A stretch of 64,000 nt of DNA from Isurus oxyrinchus (lineage: Eukaryota). A program made the translations under genes and the position numbers. The notes below the pieces were generated by a model. That model saw nothing but the letters and a program-made list of their open reading frames with translations, searched no databases and was not told where the DNA came from. Positions within the stretch are counted from its first letter, which is position 1. Each line of letters starts with the position of its first letter. Of the stretch, positions 1 to 14,453 are shown one piece after another. The stretch covers positions 2,914,001 to 2,978,000 of the forward strand of contig JANJGN010000047.1 of assembly GCA_026770705.1 (NCBI GenBank). The letters are read 5' to 3'.

Positions 1-377
1 AACATTACATTGTTATAGTGTTTCCATCCATCCCTCCTCCTTAACACTAAAATTAAAAAAAGAGATAGAGGAAGAGACAGTGCCTTCAGGAGTGCCCCAG
101 ACCTGCGAGGGACACTCTTCTGAAAGTGGATTTTAAAGAAAAAGCAGCTGATTGGTGAGTATACACCTAGCTTACCTCGGGGAGTCCCGACCTTGACTAT
201 AGGGAGCAGACTTGGAGGGAGAAGCACTGGAGCGGTGACCCCGGGGCACAGAGCAACTGAAGCCAAAACTGAAAAAAGAGACATCACAGGATAGCTGCGA
301 CATGATTGGTTGGTCTGCACGAAATTTAAAAAAAAAACACTGCAAAACTAATTAATAAATTAATTATCTAAATCGAG

Positions 378-1330
378 ATGGCTTGGCAGGTGATGTGCTG
401 TACCTGTATGATTTGGGAGCTGGCAGATCACAGTGCAAGCCACAGTGACCACATTTGCAGCAAATGTTTGTTGCTGGAGGAACTCTGGCTCAGAATTGAT
501 GATCTGGAGTCCCAGCTCCGGACGCTGTGGCACATCCAGAGGGGGAGAGTTACCAGGATGCTTTGTATCAGGAGGCGGTCACACCCGGTAGATTAAGTAC
601 CTCAACTCTAGTCAGCAATCAGTGTCAGCAGGGTGTGACTGCAAGTGATGCAGGTAGAGAGATCCTGTGTTCAGGAACAGAGGAGCCTCAACTCTTGACC
701 TTGTCCAACAGGTACGAGGTACTTGTTCCCTGTGAGGATGAGGAACAGGGCTGTAGGGAGGATGAGCCAGCTGACCACGGCACCGTGGCACAGGAGGCCA
801 TTCAAGAGGGGGGAGCAAAAGACAAGTGGTAGTTGTAGGGGATTCTATAATTAGGGGAATTTATAGCTTCCTTTGTAAGCAGGATCAAGAGAACTGCATG
901 GTATATTGCCTGCCCTGTGCCAAGGTGAGGGACATCCCTGACCGGCTTGAAAGGATATTGGAGTTGGAGGGGGAGGATCCAGTTGTTGTGGTCCACGTCG
1001 GGACAAATAACATAGGTAGGATTAGGAAAGGACCTTTTTAGGGATTATCAGCAACTAGGAACTAAATGAAAGAACAGGTCCTCAACGGTTATAGTCTCCA
1101 GATTACTACCTGAGCCACAAGCAAATTGGCATAGGGACACGAGAATAATGGAAGTAAACACGTGGATAAAGGAGTGGTGCGGGAGAGAGGGATTCCATTT
1201 CATGACGCACTGGCATCAGTACTGGAACAAGAATGACCTGCACTGTTGGAACGGTCTCCACCTGAACCGATCTGGGAACAATATTCTAGGAAAAAAGGAA
1301 AATAGGGTGGTCAACCAGACTTTAAACTAG
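378..1330 (+). pseudogene. CR1 ORF1 (zinc finger/leucine zipper plus esterase), frameshifted
   Basis: ORFs 378-596 (CCTC...HICSKC, LRIDDLESQL), 527-832, 826-1041 (GDS...GTN) and 1148-1330 (NGLHLN) are consecutive pieces of a CR1 ORF1. Confidence 0.85.
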
Positions 1331-1595
1331 AAAGTGGCGGTGGGGGATTTTGGGGGGTGGAGGGTAAAACTCTAAGAAACATGACTAATAGGAAACAAAG
1401 TAGCAGGTTAGCGTCTCGGCAGTGTGGGGTTGTGTGAATTCAACGTCATGGAAAATTATGAAAAAAACTGAAAAGAAAGGAGAGCCCTGGAGAGGCTATT
1501 AAAGTCTCCAGAAAACAAAATAGGACAGAGTGTTTGGAGAGGGCTAGGAATCTAACTTCAAGCACATCAGATAAAGGGATGACAATGAGAAAGGG

Positions 1596-4379
1596 ATGGG
1601 AAATACAGGACTGAAGGTGTTGTATCTGAATGCACACAATATACGAAATAAGGTAAATGAGCTTGTGGCGCAGATCGAAATTGGGATATATGATGTGGTG
1701 GGCATCACGGAGACTTGGCTGCAAGGGGATCAGGACTGGGAGCTAAATATCCAAGGATATACATCCTATCGAAAAGATAGGCAGGTAGGCAGAGGGGGTG
1801 GGGTTGCTCTGTTAGTAAGAAATGACATTAAATGGAAAGTAAGAAATGATGTAGGGTCAGATGATATAAAATCGGTGTGGGTAGAGTGGAAGAACTGCAT
1901 AGGTAAACAAAAAACATAACGGGAGTTATGTACAGGCCTCCGAATAGTAGTCAGGATGTGGGGCACAAGATACACCAGGGGATAGAAAAGGTTTGTAAAA
2001 AAGGCAAGGTTACAGTGATCATAGGGGATTTCAATATGCAGGTAGACTGGGAAAATCAGGTTGGTATTGGATCCCAAGGAAAGGAATTTGTGGAATGTCT
2101 ACAAGATGGCTTTTTGGAGCAGCTTGTGGTGGAGCCCACTAGGGAACAGGCAATTCTCGATTTTGTGATGTGTAATGAGGCAGATTTGATAAGGGAGCTT
2201 AAGGTGAAGGAAACCTTAGGAGGAAGTGACCATAATATGATAGAATTTACCCTGCAATTTGAGAGGAAAAAGCTGGAATCAGTTGTAACTGTATTACAGA
2301 GGCATGAGGGAGGAGCTGGCCAGAATTGACTGGGACATGATCCTAGCAGGAAAGACAGTGGAACAGCAACGGCAGGAGTTTCTGGGAGTAATTTGGAAGA
2401 CACAGCAAAAATTCATCCCTAGGAAGAAGAAGCATATTAAAGGGAAGATGAAGCAACCATGGCTGACAGGGGAAGTCAGGGACAGCATAAAAGCTAAAGA
2501 GAAAGCATACAATGCGGCGTAGAGCAGTGGGAAACCAGGGGATTGGGAAGCCAACAAAGACCAACAGAGGACAACTAAAAAAGAAATAAGGAGGGAGAAG
2601 ATTAAATATGAAGATAAACTAGCCAGTCATATAAAAGAAGATTGCAAGATTATTTTTAGATATATAAAGGGTAAGAGAGAGGCAAAATTGGACACTGGGC
2701 CACTGTAAAATAACGCTGGAGAAGTAGTAGTGGGGAACAAAGAAATGGCGGAGGAACAGAATAGGTACTTTCCGTCAGTCTTCACAGTGGAAGATACGAG
2801 TGGCATGCCCAAGCTTCAAGAGAATCGAGGGGCAGAGGTGAGTATGGTGGCCATTACCAAGGAGAAGGTGATAGGAAAAATGGAAGGTCTGAAGGTGGAT
2901 AAATCACCCGCAACAGGTGGATTACACGCCAGAGATCTGAAGGTGGTAGCTGAAGAGATAGTGGAGGCATTGGTGGCGATCTTTCAGGAATCATTAGAGT
3001 CAGGGAGGGCCCTGGAGGACTGGAAAAAAGCTAATGTAACCCTCCTTTTTAAGAAGGGTGTAAGGCAAAGATGGGAAATTACAGGCAGATTAGCCTGCCC
3101 TAGGTCGTTGGTAAGACTTTAGAGTCCATTATTAAGGATGAGATTTCGGAATACTTGGAAGTGCATGGTAAAATCTGGCAAAGTCAGCATGGTTTCATCA
3201 AGGGGAGGTCATGTCTGACAAATCTGTCAGAATTCTTTGAGGAGGTAACAAGTAGGTTCTACAAAGGAGAGCCAATGGATGTTATCTAATTGGACTTCAA
3301 GAAGGCCTTTGACAAGGTGCCGCACAGGAGGTTGCTCAGTAAGGTAAGAGTCCATGGTGTATGAGGTAAGGTACTGGCATGGATAGAAGATTGGCAACAG
3401 GCAGAGAGTGGGGATAGTCTGGTCCTTCCCAGGATGGCGGCCGGTGACTAGTGCACTACCGCAGGGGTCAGTGTTGGGACCACAACTTTTCACTTTTTAC
3501 ATTATTGGTCTAGATGAAGGAACTGAGGGCATCCTGCCTAAGTTTGCAGATGATACGTAGATAGGTGGAGGGACAGGTAGTATTGAGGAGACAGGGCGGC
3601 TGCAGAAGTATTTGGACAGGTTAGGAGAATGGGCAAAGAAGTGGCAGATGGAATATAACGTGGGGAAGTGTGAGGTCATGCACTTTGGTAGGAAGAATAG
3701 AGGCATTGACTATTTTCTAAATGGGGAGAGAATTCTGAAGTCCGGAGTGCAAAGGGACTTGGGAGTCCTAGTTCAGAATTCTCTGACGGTTAACTTGCAG
3801 GTTGAGTCCGTATTTAGGAAGTCAAATGCAATGTTGGCATTTATTTCGAAAGGACTAGAATATAAAAGCAGGGAGATGCTGCTGAGGCTTTATAAGGCTC
3901 TGGTCAGAATACATTTAGAATATTGTGAGCAATTTTTGGCCCCGTATCTCAGGAAGGATGTGTTGGCCCTGGAGAGGGACCACAGGAGGTTCACAAGAAT
4001 GATCTCAGGAATGAAAGGCTTAACATATAAGAATTTGAGGACTCTGGGTCTGTACTCGATGGAGTTTAGAGGGATGAGGAGGGATCTGATTGAAACTTAC
4101 AGAATACTGAAAGGCCTGGATAGAATGGATGTGGGGAAGATGTTTCCATTAGTAGGAGAGATTAGGACCCGAGGGCACAGCCTCAGAGTAAAGGGAAGCC
4201 CTTTTCGAGCAGAGGCGAGGAGAAACTTCTTGAGCCAGAGAGTGGTGAATCTATGGAATTCGTTCCCACAGAAGGCTGTGGAGGCCAGGTCATTGGGTGT
4301 ATTTAAGACCAAGATAGATAGGTTCTTGATCAGTAAGGGGGTCAAAGGTTACGGGGAGAAGGCGGGAGAATGGGGTTGA
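1596..4379 (+). pseudogene. CR1 ORF2 (APE endonuclease plus reverse transcriptase), with multiple stops and frameshifts
   Basis: Endonuclease motifs LYLNAHNI, GITETWL, YRPPN, GDFN and SDHN. RT motifs DFKKAFDKVPHRRLL (~3293) and FADDT (~3543, followed by TAG). Open C-terminal part at 3612-4379. Confidence 0.92.
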
Positions 4380-4470
4380 GAAACGTATCAGCCATGATTG
4401 AATGGCGGAGCAGACTCGATGGGCCGAATGGCCTAATTTCTGCTGATATGTATTATGGTCTTATGGTCTA

Positions 4471-6140
4471 TAAACTTTTCCCCTGCCAAAACATTCCCAG
4501 GAGAAAATCTACTCCATCCACTACTAATTTCTTAACTACAACAACCGCTGATCCAAGCAGCAACTTACACTCAAATTGGATTTTGCACAATGGTATCGGG
4601 TTACACTCTCGACTTATCCATTTTACTAAAACTTTATCTTTCACTGAACTCTCTGGAGGGCAAACTAGGTGTTTCTCCGACATTATGAAATTGAAAAGCT
4701 CATGTGTCCCTTATATAATTATGGATTTAGCTCATCATTTGATGAAAAAGAATATTCTCTTCCCTTTTGACATGAAAAATACATATCTCCTCTACTTTAT
4801 TCACATCACCTGCAGTCACAGCGGGGGTTACTTCCAAACCCTTATTTGCACTTAAAGCGAAAATTTGATCAATGCTATTTTCCCTTTCAATTCCCTTTTC
4901 AGACTCACCCTTACGATAACCAATAAGTCCCACGGGCTTCCCCACGAATTCCAGCAACTGAATGAATCTGCCGAACCTTATTACTTTGGAAACAGTTAGG
5001 CCTACGAGTTCCACGCCCAGCATCAGAATTTTCCATCCTAATGAACAGAGGAGATTTCAAGGTATTCAGAGCTATCTATTATTTTCCCTGTAACTTGCCT
5101 TCCTTGCACTCTCCCATTTTTTATCCTTTTCAAATTACTGAGGTTGATGAAAGGAATTATTGTTTTTTAGGGAAGGTCATTATCGTCAGCCATTAATGCT
5201 GCCTGTCTAGCAGTCGCAACCCTTAGCCTTCAACATATATTCTTAATACATACTGTACGTAAATTGTAAAATCTTCCAAGTGAATAGTCCCTCTGCGAAC
5301 TTCCCAGATAGTTTCAAATCCTATTGCTCGTTTCAACATTTCAAAACTACTTCGCTTTACCCTTTCAATTTCAATGTAAATTTGCCGAGGCTGTTTCCTT
5401 GCAATTTGTTTGCAGGCTTCAGTGAATGACTTGCTTGCATTCAAAATGGTCGTTTTGTCACCACAACGTAATACCTGGAAACGTCCTCTGACAGTGAAGC
5501 ATAGATTTCCTATAATCTACTTTTCAGTTTGCTCGGAATCGACAATGTCCACAATTTTGGCCTTTTCATCTGTTATGTATCTTCACAAATGAAATTAAGA
5601 GTGATTTGCCATTTCTTTACTCAACGTTTGGAGGAACAGTTGAGGTGTAAAGATCTCTCCTCTGGGTTTCGACCTGAAATATGTTCTGTTTCACCTCCAA
5701 TTGTGTCTTTTTTTTAACTGCCAGCATTTGAAGCTGACATTCTCTCTTTTTTGTTTCTCTTTCCCATTTTTTAACTTTGGAATTTCTAACTCCCTTTGAA
5801 ATGTTTATTCTCTTTCTTTTCCCGCTTGTTCCTTTGGAATGCCACTTCTGGTTTCTCCCTTTGGAATCTTCTCTCCCTTTCCTTATCCATTTATATCCCC
5901 AGCCCTATCATTTTCTGCTGCATCTCGTTACATTTTTCATTTGATTTGCAACTGAATTTGAACCCAACGGTCAGCCCCATGGAGAATTCGATCTCCAAGC
6001 TATTCATAGCATTTTCAAATGCTGGGCCATCTCTTCGACTCTCTCTGCCTTAGGCTGTCAATGCTTCCATTAATTTTTCTGCCAATTCGTTTAGTTTGGG
6101 TTTTGGGATCGCTGCGTAAGCATCAGGATTATCTCAGGAA
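4471..6140 (-). mobile_element. Decayed Gypsy/Ty3 LTR retrotransposon gag-protease (Gmr1-like)
   Basis: Minus-strand remnants of gag (YASLSE..., RKQPRQIYIEIERVK, ARQAALMADD), a degenerate zinc knuckle at ~4950-5005, and the protease C-terminus (VVDGVDFLLG in ORF 4468-4683). Heavily disrupted. Confidence 0.7.
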
Positions 6141-8059
6141 ACCTGCAAGACCCTGAACTTCCTTATGAATGAATGGGGATAGTGAACTCCAGTATGAAGG
6201 CCCACATTTCCCTAAGCCACAATAAACGTGGAAATATTGAATAAACCATCAGCTTGCCCAAATTCTAACTAGCTGTTAACGATGGTTACCTGAATACACG
6301 CACCAGGTTTGTAAACTTAATGACTAATTAACATTTTATTTAGCCATCTCTTCGCTAAACACTGGCATTATACAGAAATGTGAACTGATAAAGTCTAACT
6401 CTATGTTGTAAACTCTACCCATTCTAAAAACCCTATACGCAGAACACAAGGCACACACAAAATTTATTTAGAGGCTGGGATAAAACAGTTGAAAGCACCA
6501 ATTCCGGCGAACAGGATTTGATGTGTTGATTTTTGATCGATGCCAGCCAAATTCCTTGCAGTTCTTCTTGTTGCCACGAGGTAGTCGTCCATTATTTAGC
6601 TCATTGGATGAGCAGTTGTCTTTCAATCACCCCAGCAGCGATCTTGATCGTTGCCTCTTGACAGGGGTTTTCAGAGAGAGAACACCTTTTTTGAGGTGTG
6701 AGGAACAGTGCTTTCAGATGTTGTTCTTTGCAGGCCAGGAGCTTTTTTTCTTTTTTGCCCTGCTGCCACACAGTGCTTCGTCACCTGGTCAGAAGCCATT
6801 AAAAATAAAGTTGTCAGGCCCATTGTTCGTGACTTCTTTTCGGGACTGTATTTCACGGCACGCTCTGTCCAAGGACTGCAGCGTTGTATACATCTTCATC
6901 CTGTTCCAGTAGACATGCCTTTCAAAATGAAGTCATTGTAGTTGTAAGTCCACAGTACAGCACAATTAGACAAAAATAAAATGACAGATTTTTTGCAACG
7001 GTCCAACAGAGAAAAACAAAATAATTACAGCATTTTCTCCGTGATTTGATCTGTCCCTTTCAGATGTAGATAATCCCTGTTCTTCAAAGGCAAGTTGGCA
7101 CGAGGGGAAAGATATGGTGCCCACAATATTGGCACACGTTCTGGCTAATGAGATAATCAGTGGAGGCTTGAGTCCCGGAGAGTTCGCATGTCATAGGCGT
7201 CATCAAAGATAGGGATTAGCCAGTGTAGAACTTTCTGTTTCTAGTCTCTCACATCATCGTTTGCGTTCACCTACGTGCTATACATTTGCATTTATTGAGT
7301 AGTTATTATAATAGGACCCCTTTTTACTTATTCAATTAAACGTTATGTCAACAGTGGGCGTGAATCTTGAGACAGTCCAATCACGTTCATTTATAGGGGG
7401 CGCTCAACAGTTGGTTTGTGCAGTTGTGACTAATATCAGTGTTTTCCTCTGTTCAAATCTGCAGCACAACTGAGCGTATCAGGGGAAAGCAAGTTTGGAT
7501 GTATGATTGGGATCAGCAAAGATATATAAGTGGTCAATGGGGAATGTGGAGTTGCGATTGTGGAATGATATATGGTGAAGAATCTATGGTTTCCCTTACA
7601 GGCTGACGAGCTTTTGGTAGCATCACGCCACAAAGCCAAATGCCATGACGTGTTCCAATACCGCCAATGCATCATTCATCGTGGAAATGCACAACAAAAA
7701 AGCTCTTCCACGATGGGTTGAATCGCAGAGAGGGCACAGTGAAGCGCCTCGCACTCATGATTCTCGAAGCTATCGGTGGATTTGCATACTTGACCTAAGG
7801 ACATGGTGGAAATATCATTGACAATGGTCACTGGGCATGGAGGAACTCACAACAAACAAGCTCACTGGTGATGGGGGAAAGACAGTTTCCAAGATTATCA
7901 CTATGGAATAAAATTGACAGTAAGCATGTGCTGTGATGGTGTAAAATAAATGAAGATTCTCCAAACGAAGTGCAGGAACAGAGGAAGTCCTGTTTAATCT
8001 TATTTCGGCCATTTAAGTTGACAGAGCCTGTTGAGCGTGTAGTGACTGAAACACTTTAG

Positions 8060-8695
8060 GCTCCATTAACACTAGCATTTAGTATACGAGTTAGAAGGTC
8101 CACGTTTAAATTATGTTATAAACTAGTTCGGACTCATTGGGAGTGCTGCGTCTAGTTCTGAGCAACATACTTAAGTAAGATTGAGAAATCATTGGAGAAA
8201 GTACAGTGGAGATGCATAAAAATGATGCCATTCACAGAGGCGCGCAGCTATGAGTATTGGTTGCAGAGACTTGTTCTATTTTACTTGAAGAAAGGAAAGG
8301 CTGAAAGGAGACTTGATAGATGCATTCAAGACCCTTACAGTTATGGGTAAGTTAAAGACGAAGAAAAGCTTCACACTGAAAATAACAACAAGCATTAGAT
8401 CGGACACATGCAAATAATTGGAAAAAGGAGCATGTGACGTGAGGGTTATATATTCGCTTTTCACCCACACGTATGGAATGTGGAACAAACCTCCTGAAAG
8501 GGTGGTGGAGTGATGTTCAATCAAAGTATTCAAAAGGGACAACGAAAGGATTTCTACCTTAAAAGACAAAATGTGCATTCCTATGGGGTTAAAGAAGGAT
8601 AGTGGGACTTGTTGGAATGTCCATTCAGGAAGGAATTGAACATTCGATGGGTCGAATGAGCTGTTTCTGCACTGCAAATATACAATGAGTCAGTT
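8060..8695 (+). mobile_element. Old CR1 3' fragment
   Basis: Degenerate matches to the ORF2 C-terminus (LVRxHxExCVxF, RLKGDLI, WNKxP) and a CR1-like 3' UTR. Confidence 0.6.
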
Positions 8696-11600
8696 TAAAA
8701 TCTCTCACATCCTGGAGCTCACTGGGCATGAAGAGCACCACACAATCTCAGCTCAACATTCATGATGGACTTAAAAACACATGCATACCCACGCACACAA
8801 ACATACACAATGACACACACACACACACAAACACATACTGAACCCTTACGCCACTTAATAAATCACACACACCCAGCTGATAATCTGTGAAATGGAAGTA
8901 ACATTGACCTCATCGACTATTTGTGAATCCGATAAGCCATTCTCATAGGCCAAGTGAATTAAACACACTGCAATCATTGTTCTGAAATGGGAGGGGGAAA
9001 AAAAACCTGTCCCGTGGAGAGTATCGGCCATTTTTTAAAATCAGAAATACCAAGATAATCATTCTGCATGCATGCATTCGCCTGATGGATCTCATTGACA
9101 GGGAGGTTAGTTACATAAACCAAATCCTCACAATTGGTGGAATCACACACACAAACCAATTTCATCAGCTATGGGGACAATCACTCCCACCTTGCTCTCC
9201 ATCCATGGCTGAAATCATGTACATCAAGTTAATTTTTGCAGTGTTAAGAACACAGGGGCCTCTTCAAATATGGTTCAATCCTAATAATCAAACCTGCAGG
9301 CCATTAGGGGAATGACCACCGAACTCTTCGACCGACAGGAGATTTCACACATGCTGAATTATTTGCAGTATGGTTCGAGGGGAAGCAATTCGCCTCACTG
9401 AACTTATTGAACATGAAGATGCTCACACACCCAGGTCATTATGCAGTGGGGAGAATCATACAGTAAAGGATTTCGGCTATGGGGTGAGAGACACACTGCA
9501 AACTGTTTAGTTTCCAAGTCAATGAAGCACATGAACGCCGTGCACTATCAATACATCACACGCTATGCCCATATCTGTTTAGTGTATCAGGCAGAGCGAG
9601 GTCATTGTCCATGGTGTATCACGCTGAAAATGAGATAATCAGATGTGGGTGAAATACAAACCCATGAACTTGGCATTGACGGGAAGCACAAACTTCGAAC
9701 ACATAAACTCTGGACTGGGGACAGCAGCCCCTCCCCACGCTCCAATGGAATTAATCATACAGGGATGAATCACAGGTTTTCTGATCTCCGGCCGGGGAGC
9801 TCATTGGCTCACACAAACCACGCTCAGCATTTGTTCTTTAGAGAATCGCACTCAAGACCTTCAGCTATGCAGTATAATCACACACTTCAAGCTGATTAAC
9901 TATCGGGGGAATTACGAAAATCAAACTCATCGGTATTTGGACTGGGCTTATTTACGATGCTGGACTCATATACACAGCTCAGTGGCTATGCAGGAACTAT
10001 ATGCACACATATGATTGCTTGTGCAGCGAATAACACATACCAACCTCTTCACCTTCTGGAAAAGCACAAACAAAGCTTGATAACTTTGGATGCTTCACGA
10101 GCAGAACTGTCTGTCTCTCCCTATACCTCTCTCTCTCTCTCTCTACCTCGCTTTCAATCTGTCTCTATCTCCCTCTCTCTCAATCTTTCTCATCCAAATT
10201 TAAGTGTGCTCTGAAGAAAGGGTTCTGTGTCTGTCACGCGGGTTTATTCATTGCTAGTTGCAGGTACAGCCGGCAATGGAGTAAACACAAGACAGTTCAT
10301 GAAATCACATTTCTTGGAACCTGGAATATCTGGACCTGGCGGGGGAGGACAATCGCTGATTAACAACATGGCCCAGTGCAACTGATTGCACCGATGAGTG
10401 GCAGCAGAGTTTAGGAAAAACCATGACTAATTCCACACGCATTTCCTCTCATCCCAATTAAAACAATATTCCGTTCCTTTCCTTCCATGTGTTTATCCAG
10501 ATTATCATTAAAATTATTTCCTCTGTACACCTCAGTTACAAATGTGTTCGACATTCTGAGCAATCACTGGTTAAGGACATTTTCTCATGAATACTTGATT
10601 GTGAAATTTTAATAATCTCATATCATTCGATTAACTTCTGGATTTACCCACTAGTGGTGAAAAGTATATCTCAGTTTACAGAATGTCCGCTGATTTTCAT
10701 CACACAGCGCAACCACCTCTGAACCAGACACTCTGGTTTAAGATAAACATCCAGAAAGTGGAGCAGAAAAGCATTAGTGGACATGCTGACAGATTTTAGG
10801 GAACGCTGCACATGTTTGAGCGCCAGTACTGACTTGTCAGAGAGTCAGTGCTCAGGCTGTGCCACAATGTCGGCTGGCTCATAATGAGGGAGTTCAGCAA
10901 TGTCAGAGTATCAGTCCTGAGGGAGGGTTGCATGTTCGGAGGTCAGTGCAGAGGATGCGTTAAAATGCCCGTGTGTCACTTATTAGACAGGGTGCTGCCT
11001 TTCTAATGTCAGCACGGAAGGTTATAAGGAAAATGGAGCGAGATTAATTGGCATGTGGAGAGCTGGTGAAGCTATGTTGTTTCAAGGAACCTCCTAAGGT
11101 ACATCATCCTTTGTGATTATGTAATATTTAGCTCATTGTTAGGCATAATACGCGCAGAAAAGTGTCAGAGCATTGATAAATGCAGAGCTGGCGAACGTGG
11201 TGGGAACATTCACAAAATCCATCCTAACATTGCTTTTATTTTCAAAAATAGCTCCACTTTTCAATTTGCATGAATGGGAAATTGATTTGAAACATAGCAG
11301 CATAGCAAGCGATATGGCACTTAAGGAGAACCTAAGCCCACAAAACGCTTATCCAGTTTAATCTCACCTTCAAAATCACGGTCTCTGGCAGCGTGAGTTA
11401 CACAACATCAAGCATTAATCAAAGTGTTATTTGCTTATTTTTTTCGAAATATGAGGTGGGTTTCTGCACCACCAGTTTAAGCAGAGGTTTTGCGATTCCC
11501 ACCATCGTCTGGATATAAATGTTTGCTGTGCGATTGGTTTAGGAAATCCAGGCAAAGAACTGGAATGCGGGAAAATGGGTAATCGATCTTTTTCGTCCGG

Positions 11601-12500
11601 CATGAGACAACAGATATAATGGGTCATTAAATACTGTATACTTTGTCAGTTTGAGGGGTATTTTTAGACACCATATTTGATTGAAGTGCTTTATTCGCTT
11701 GACGTGCTGGATTAGTTGAGTTGCTTCAATACTGTGATAGGCTGAATGTGCCTGAGGTTACTCATTCTTTACATGGGACTTGCGCTTTTGAGTTTTTTAA
11801 TCAGTTTGAAACATTGTGTTATTTAAGGGGATTGTCATTAGATGAAGAGTTTTTCAGGCTGGAGGTCATTTAATGGAGAGCCTGTATCAATTGGAAGGGC
11901 TGTGTCCTTTGTGAATGACGGATATTTTGACGTTACATTGGTTTTAATTCATTGAATTTGTTGCCACTGTTGCGGTTGTGTGACAGCTTGCATTTGCTGC
12001 TGGCTTTCAATCATTGTCAGGTGCTTTATTAGCTGCCTTCCGCATTGTGAACTCACAAACATCTCACTATAAAAATATAACGGAATTACCACAGTTAGCC
12101 TCAGCACTTAAATCCCACAGTGCTATAGAACAGCCCTGAGAGAGCCACTAAATGATTTGGAATTGAATTGCTAAACGGTCACCATCGAGTGAAGGACATC
12201 AGTTAAGCAAAGTAAAATCGAGATATGGGACTGATTGCTTTTGCGAAAACAACCACAATGCTTGAAAACCCAGCTTCTGGATAATGTTAGTTAATTCATG
12301 TAATCAGAATCTTCCAGTATTTGAACATTTCCAGGACTTTCTCAGAAACAAACCTTACAACCCCGAATGATGATCAAATATCAATCCACATCTGGAGGTT
12401 TTACAGAGCATAAATAATGACCTTGAGGATTTATCAGGTCTTATTTTTATGCAGAGAGATTGTCTACAGAACAAAGAGAGAGATCAGCTCACAGAAAAAA

Positions 12501-12568
12501 ATGCTTGAAACAATTCAAAATTATTTAAAAATTATTCTACGTGATTATTGCTTTCATTGGTATTCCTG
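12501..12568 (+). pseudogene. GPR139-like GPCR first coding exon remnant
   Basis: ATG MLETIQN..., then after a frameshift FYVIIAFIGIP, ending at cctg|ctaagt (a GTAAGT donor mutated to CTAAGT). Resembles the first exon of the expanded elasmobranch GPR139/GPR142-like genes. Confidence 0.55.
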
Positions 12569-14067
12569 CTAAGTGACGATACATTTATTTTTGTAGGTCT
12601 ATATGTGAATTGGATCTTCGTCTTACACTGTGATTGGTCCTGTTACAGGCTCTGTCTTGATCGCCAAAAAACAGAAAGTCGATAAGTGGTAGCATTTGCT
12701 GTAGCCAAATAGCTTGAATTATCTCTGTTTTTTTTTATCATTTCCGTCAACTGATCATAAAACTCTGTTTATGAGCTCACGGGTTCTCTAGGTTATTTGT
12801 TTCTTTCTGATCAAGTGGAACACTCTGTAATCTTGATTTATACCTCAACGCAGGCAACTCTCTGAGGAGAATCATTAGGGAGCACCAAAGCAAAATCACA
12901 ATGAGTGTGTGATACCAAATGGAATTGAATATCTGACGTCAGTGTTAATGAATTGCTTGGACTATCGTGCACTGTAGAATTTCATTGAGCATGTGTAACT
13001 AACCAAAGTGAAAATCTGATCCTAGCCACCATTTATTACTCGGAGTACATACCTTCAGAGCATTGTACTGCTTGGATGACGCAATCAGAAATGAAATACA
13101 TTTCCCATGCCACGCTCTCCCAGAGAATCCAGTAAGTCTTTCCGCTGTGACCCCTTTCACCTTCTTTATTTTGTTCATTTTAAAGTAGAAGAGGGGGTGA
13201 GAGTGAAATATTAAACAGCCAATGTTGTCTATGATTGCCAGGGTGTCAAATGTTGGGGTGGAGAACCAGAACCATTAGAAGATTGGAGGGAAAAGATTGA
13301 TGCGATCATGAATAATGGTTTTGATCCACAGGGGTTTCCAATTTCCAAAATGATTTGTTCCCTCAAGGAGTTTCTGTGTGTGTGTGGGATGGGAAGGGTA
13401 GTGGGGAAGGGGGGTGGGGCACGGGGGTGCGGGGTGGGGTGTGTGTGGGCAATCTGATTGCTCAGACGAGGTTCTATTCCTGAGACAGAAGCTTGCTGAG
13501 CTCATCTGATTCTAGAAGAAATACAGCACTGCAGGGTTCCGAATGTGGAACATGTCAGACATGGGACAGCAGGAATTTAGCATCAAGTCCTTTGGTGTGG
13601 TCTATGCCTGGGGAAGCTTTGAACCTGGGAAAGGAAGGTGCAATAGATTGATCCGGACCAGGGGCGCGTCAATGCCCGGACTCATTGACTAAGAAGATCT
13701 TTCAAATGAGTCGAGTTTTCTCCTCCTGGGGGATGGTTGGCTGTGGGGAATGTACAATCCTGGGGATAATCTTATCTCAGGAATGTTTCAATTCATGGTA
13801 GTGGGAATCCCAGACAAGGGCTGTTCCTGGGTAGTCTGGAGTTGGTAAAGGTTCAATTGGTAGACTGGGCACGGGAGGGTGGTGTTGGTGTTTAGAGGGT
13901 CCTTTTTGCCAACTTACCAGCAAAATTCCCAATTTTTGTATTATTTACGATTGGAGCTGATGAGCCAGTTAAATGCTCCCAGGCCTCAAAGAAGGACAAT
14001 GTTTCCATGCAATGATCAAAGTAAAGGAATAATGTGTGAGCGGGTGCTGGTGGTGGTGGTGGCGGGG

Positions 14068-14453
14068 ACAGTCAAATACATTATAGTGGCCAGTCGGGTC
14101 CATAAGCAACTGAGAGGTCAGAGCAAGGTAGAGAATCAAATTTACCCAGAGATTGAAAGCAGAAGGAAATCTATGATTTTACTGCGCACAATTTCCCGCA
14201 GCTTCATTCTTAAGCGGTTGTTAATTGTTCTAGAATTTATATAATACAACGTTACAGGGAAAGATTTCAATCATTATAACGATTCCGATTATATATTGAA
14301 ATAATCACAATAATGCTGCTCAATTTGACTTCTTGCACAAACATAATTTTTTTTTATGGGGCTACATAGTCCAAGTTCAGAGTTCAGCTCAAGAGGGCGG
14401 TGAAATATTCTGTTTCATTCGCAATTAATTCACAATTAAAGGAACCAACTAAA
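14068..14453 (+). pseudogene. GPR139-like GPCR fragment A (TM5 end to helix 8)
   Basis: TVKYIIVASRVHKQLRGQSKVENQIYPEIESRRKSMILL...EFI* YNVTGKDFNHYNDSDYI...CTN...SKFRVQLKRAVKY. Premature TAA at 14242 and downstream indels. Confidence 0.75.

Larger units (their letters stand above)
30..4470 (+). mobile_element. Near full-length CR1-type LINE, disrupted
   Basis: Ordered ORF1 (Cys/His zinc finger, coiled coil, SGNH esterase VVGDSIIRG...VHVGTNNIG), APE endonuclease, RT and CR1 C-terminus (FLSQRVVNLWNSFP). Ends in (TTATGGTC)2 at 4453-4468. The 5' boundary is approximate. Confidence 0.93.

Noticed and set aside
6270-6960. Possible 5' LTR of the Gypsy element
   Set aside because: The position fits, but no second LTR or convincing primer-binding site is visible.
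8700-11000. CA-rich tracts, diffuse gagctcactgg repeats and degenerate cagtnctgagggag units
   Set aside because: Looks like decayed simple or satellite repeats, too degenerate to define by eye.
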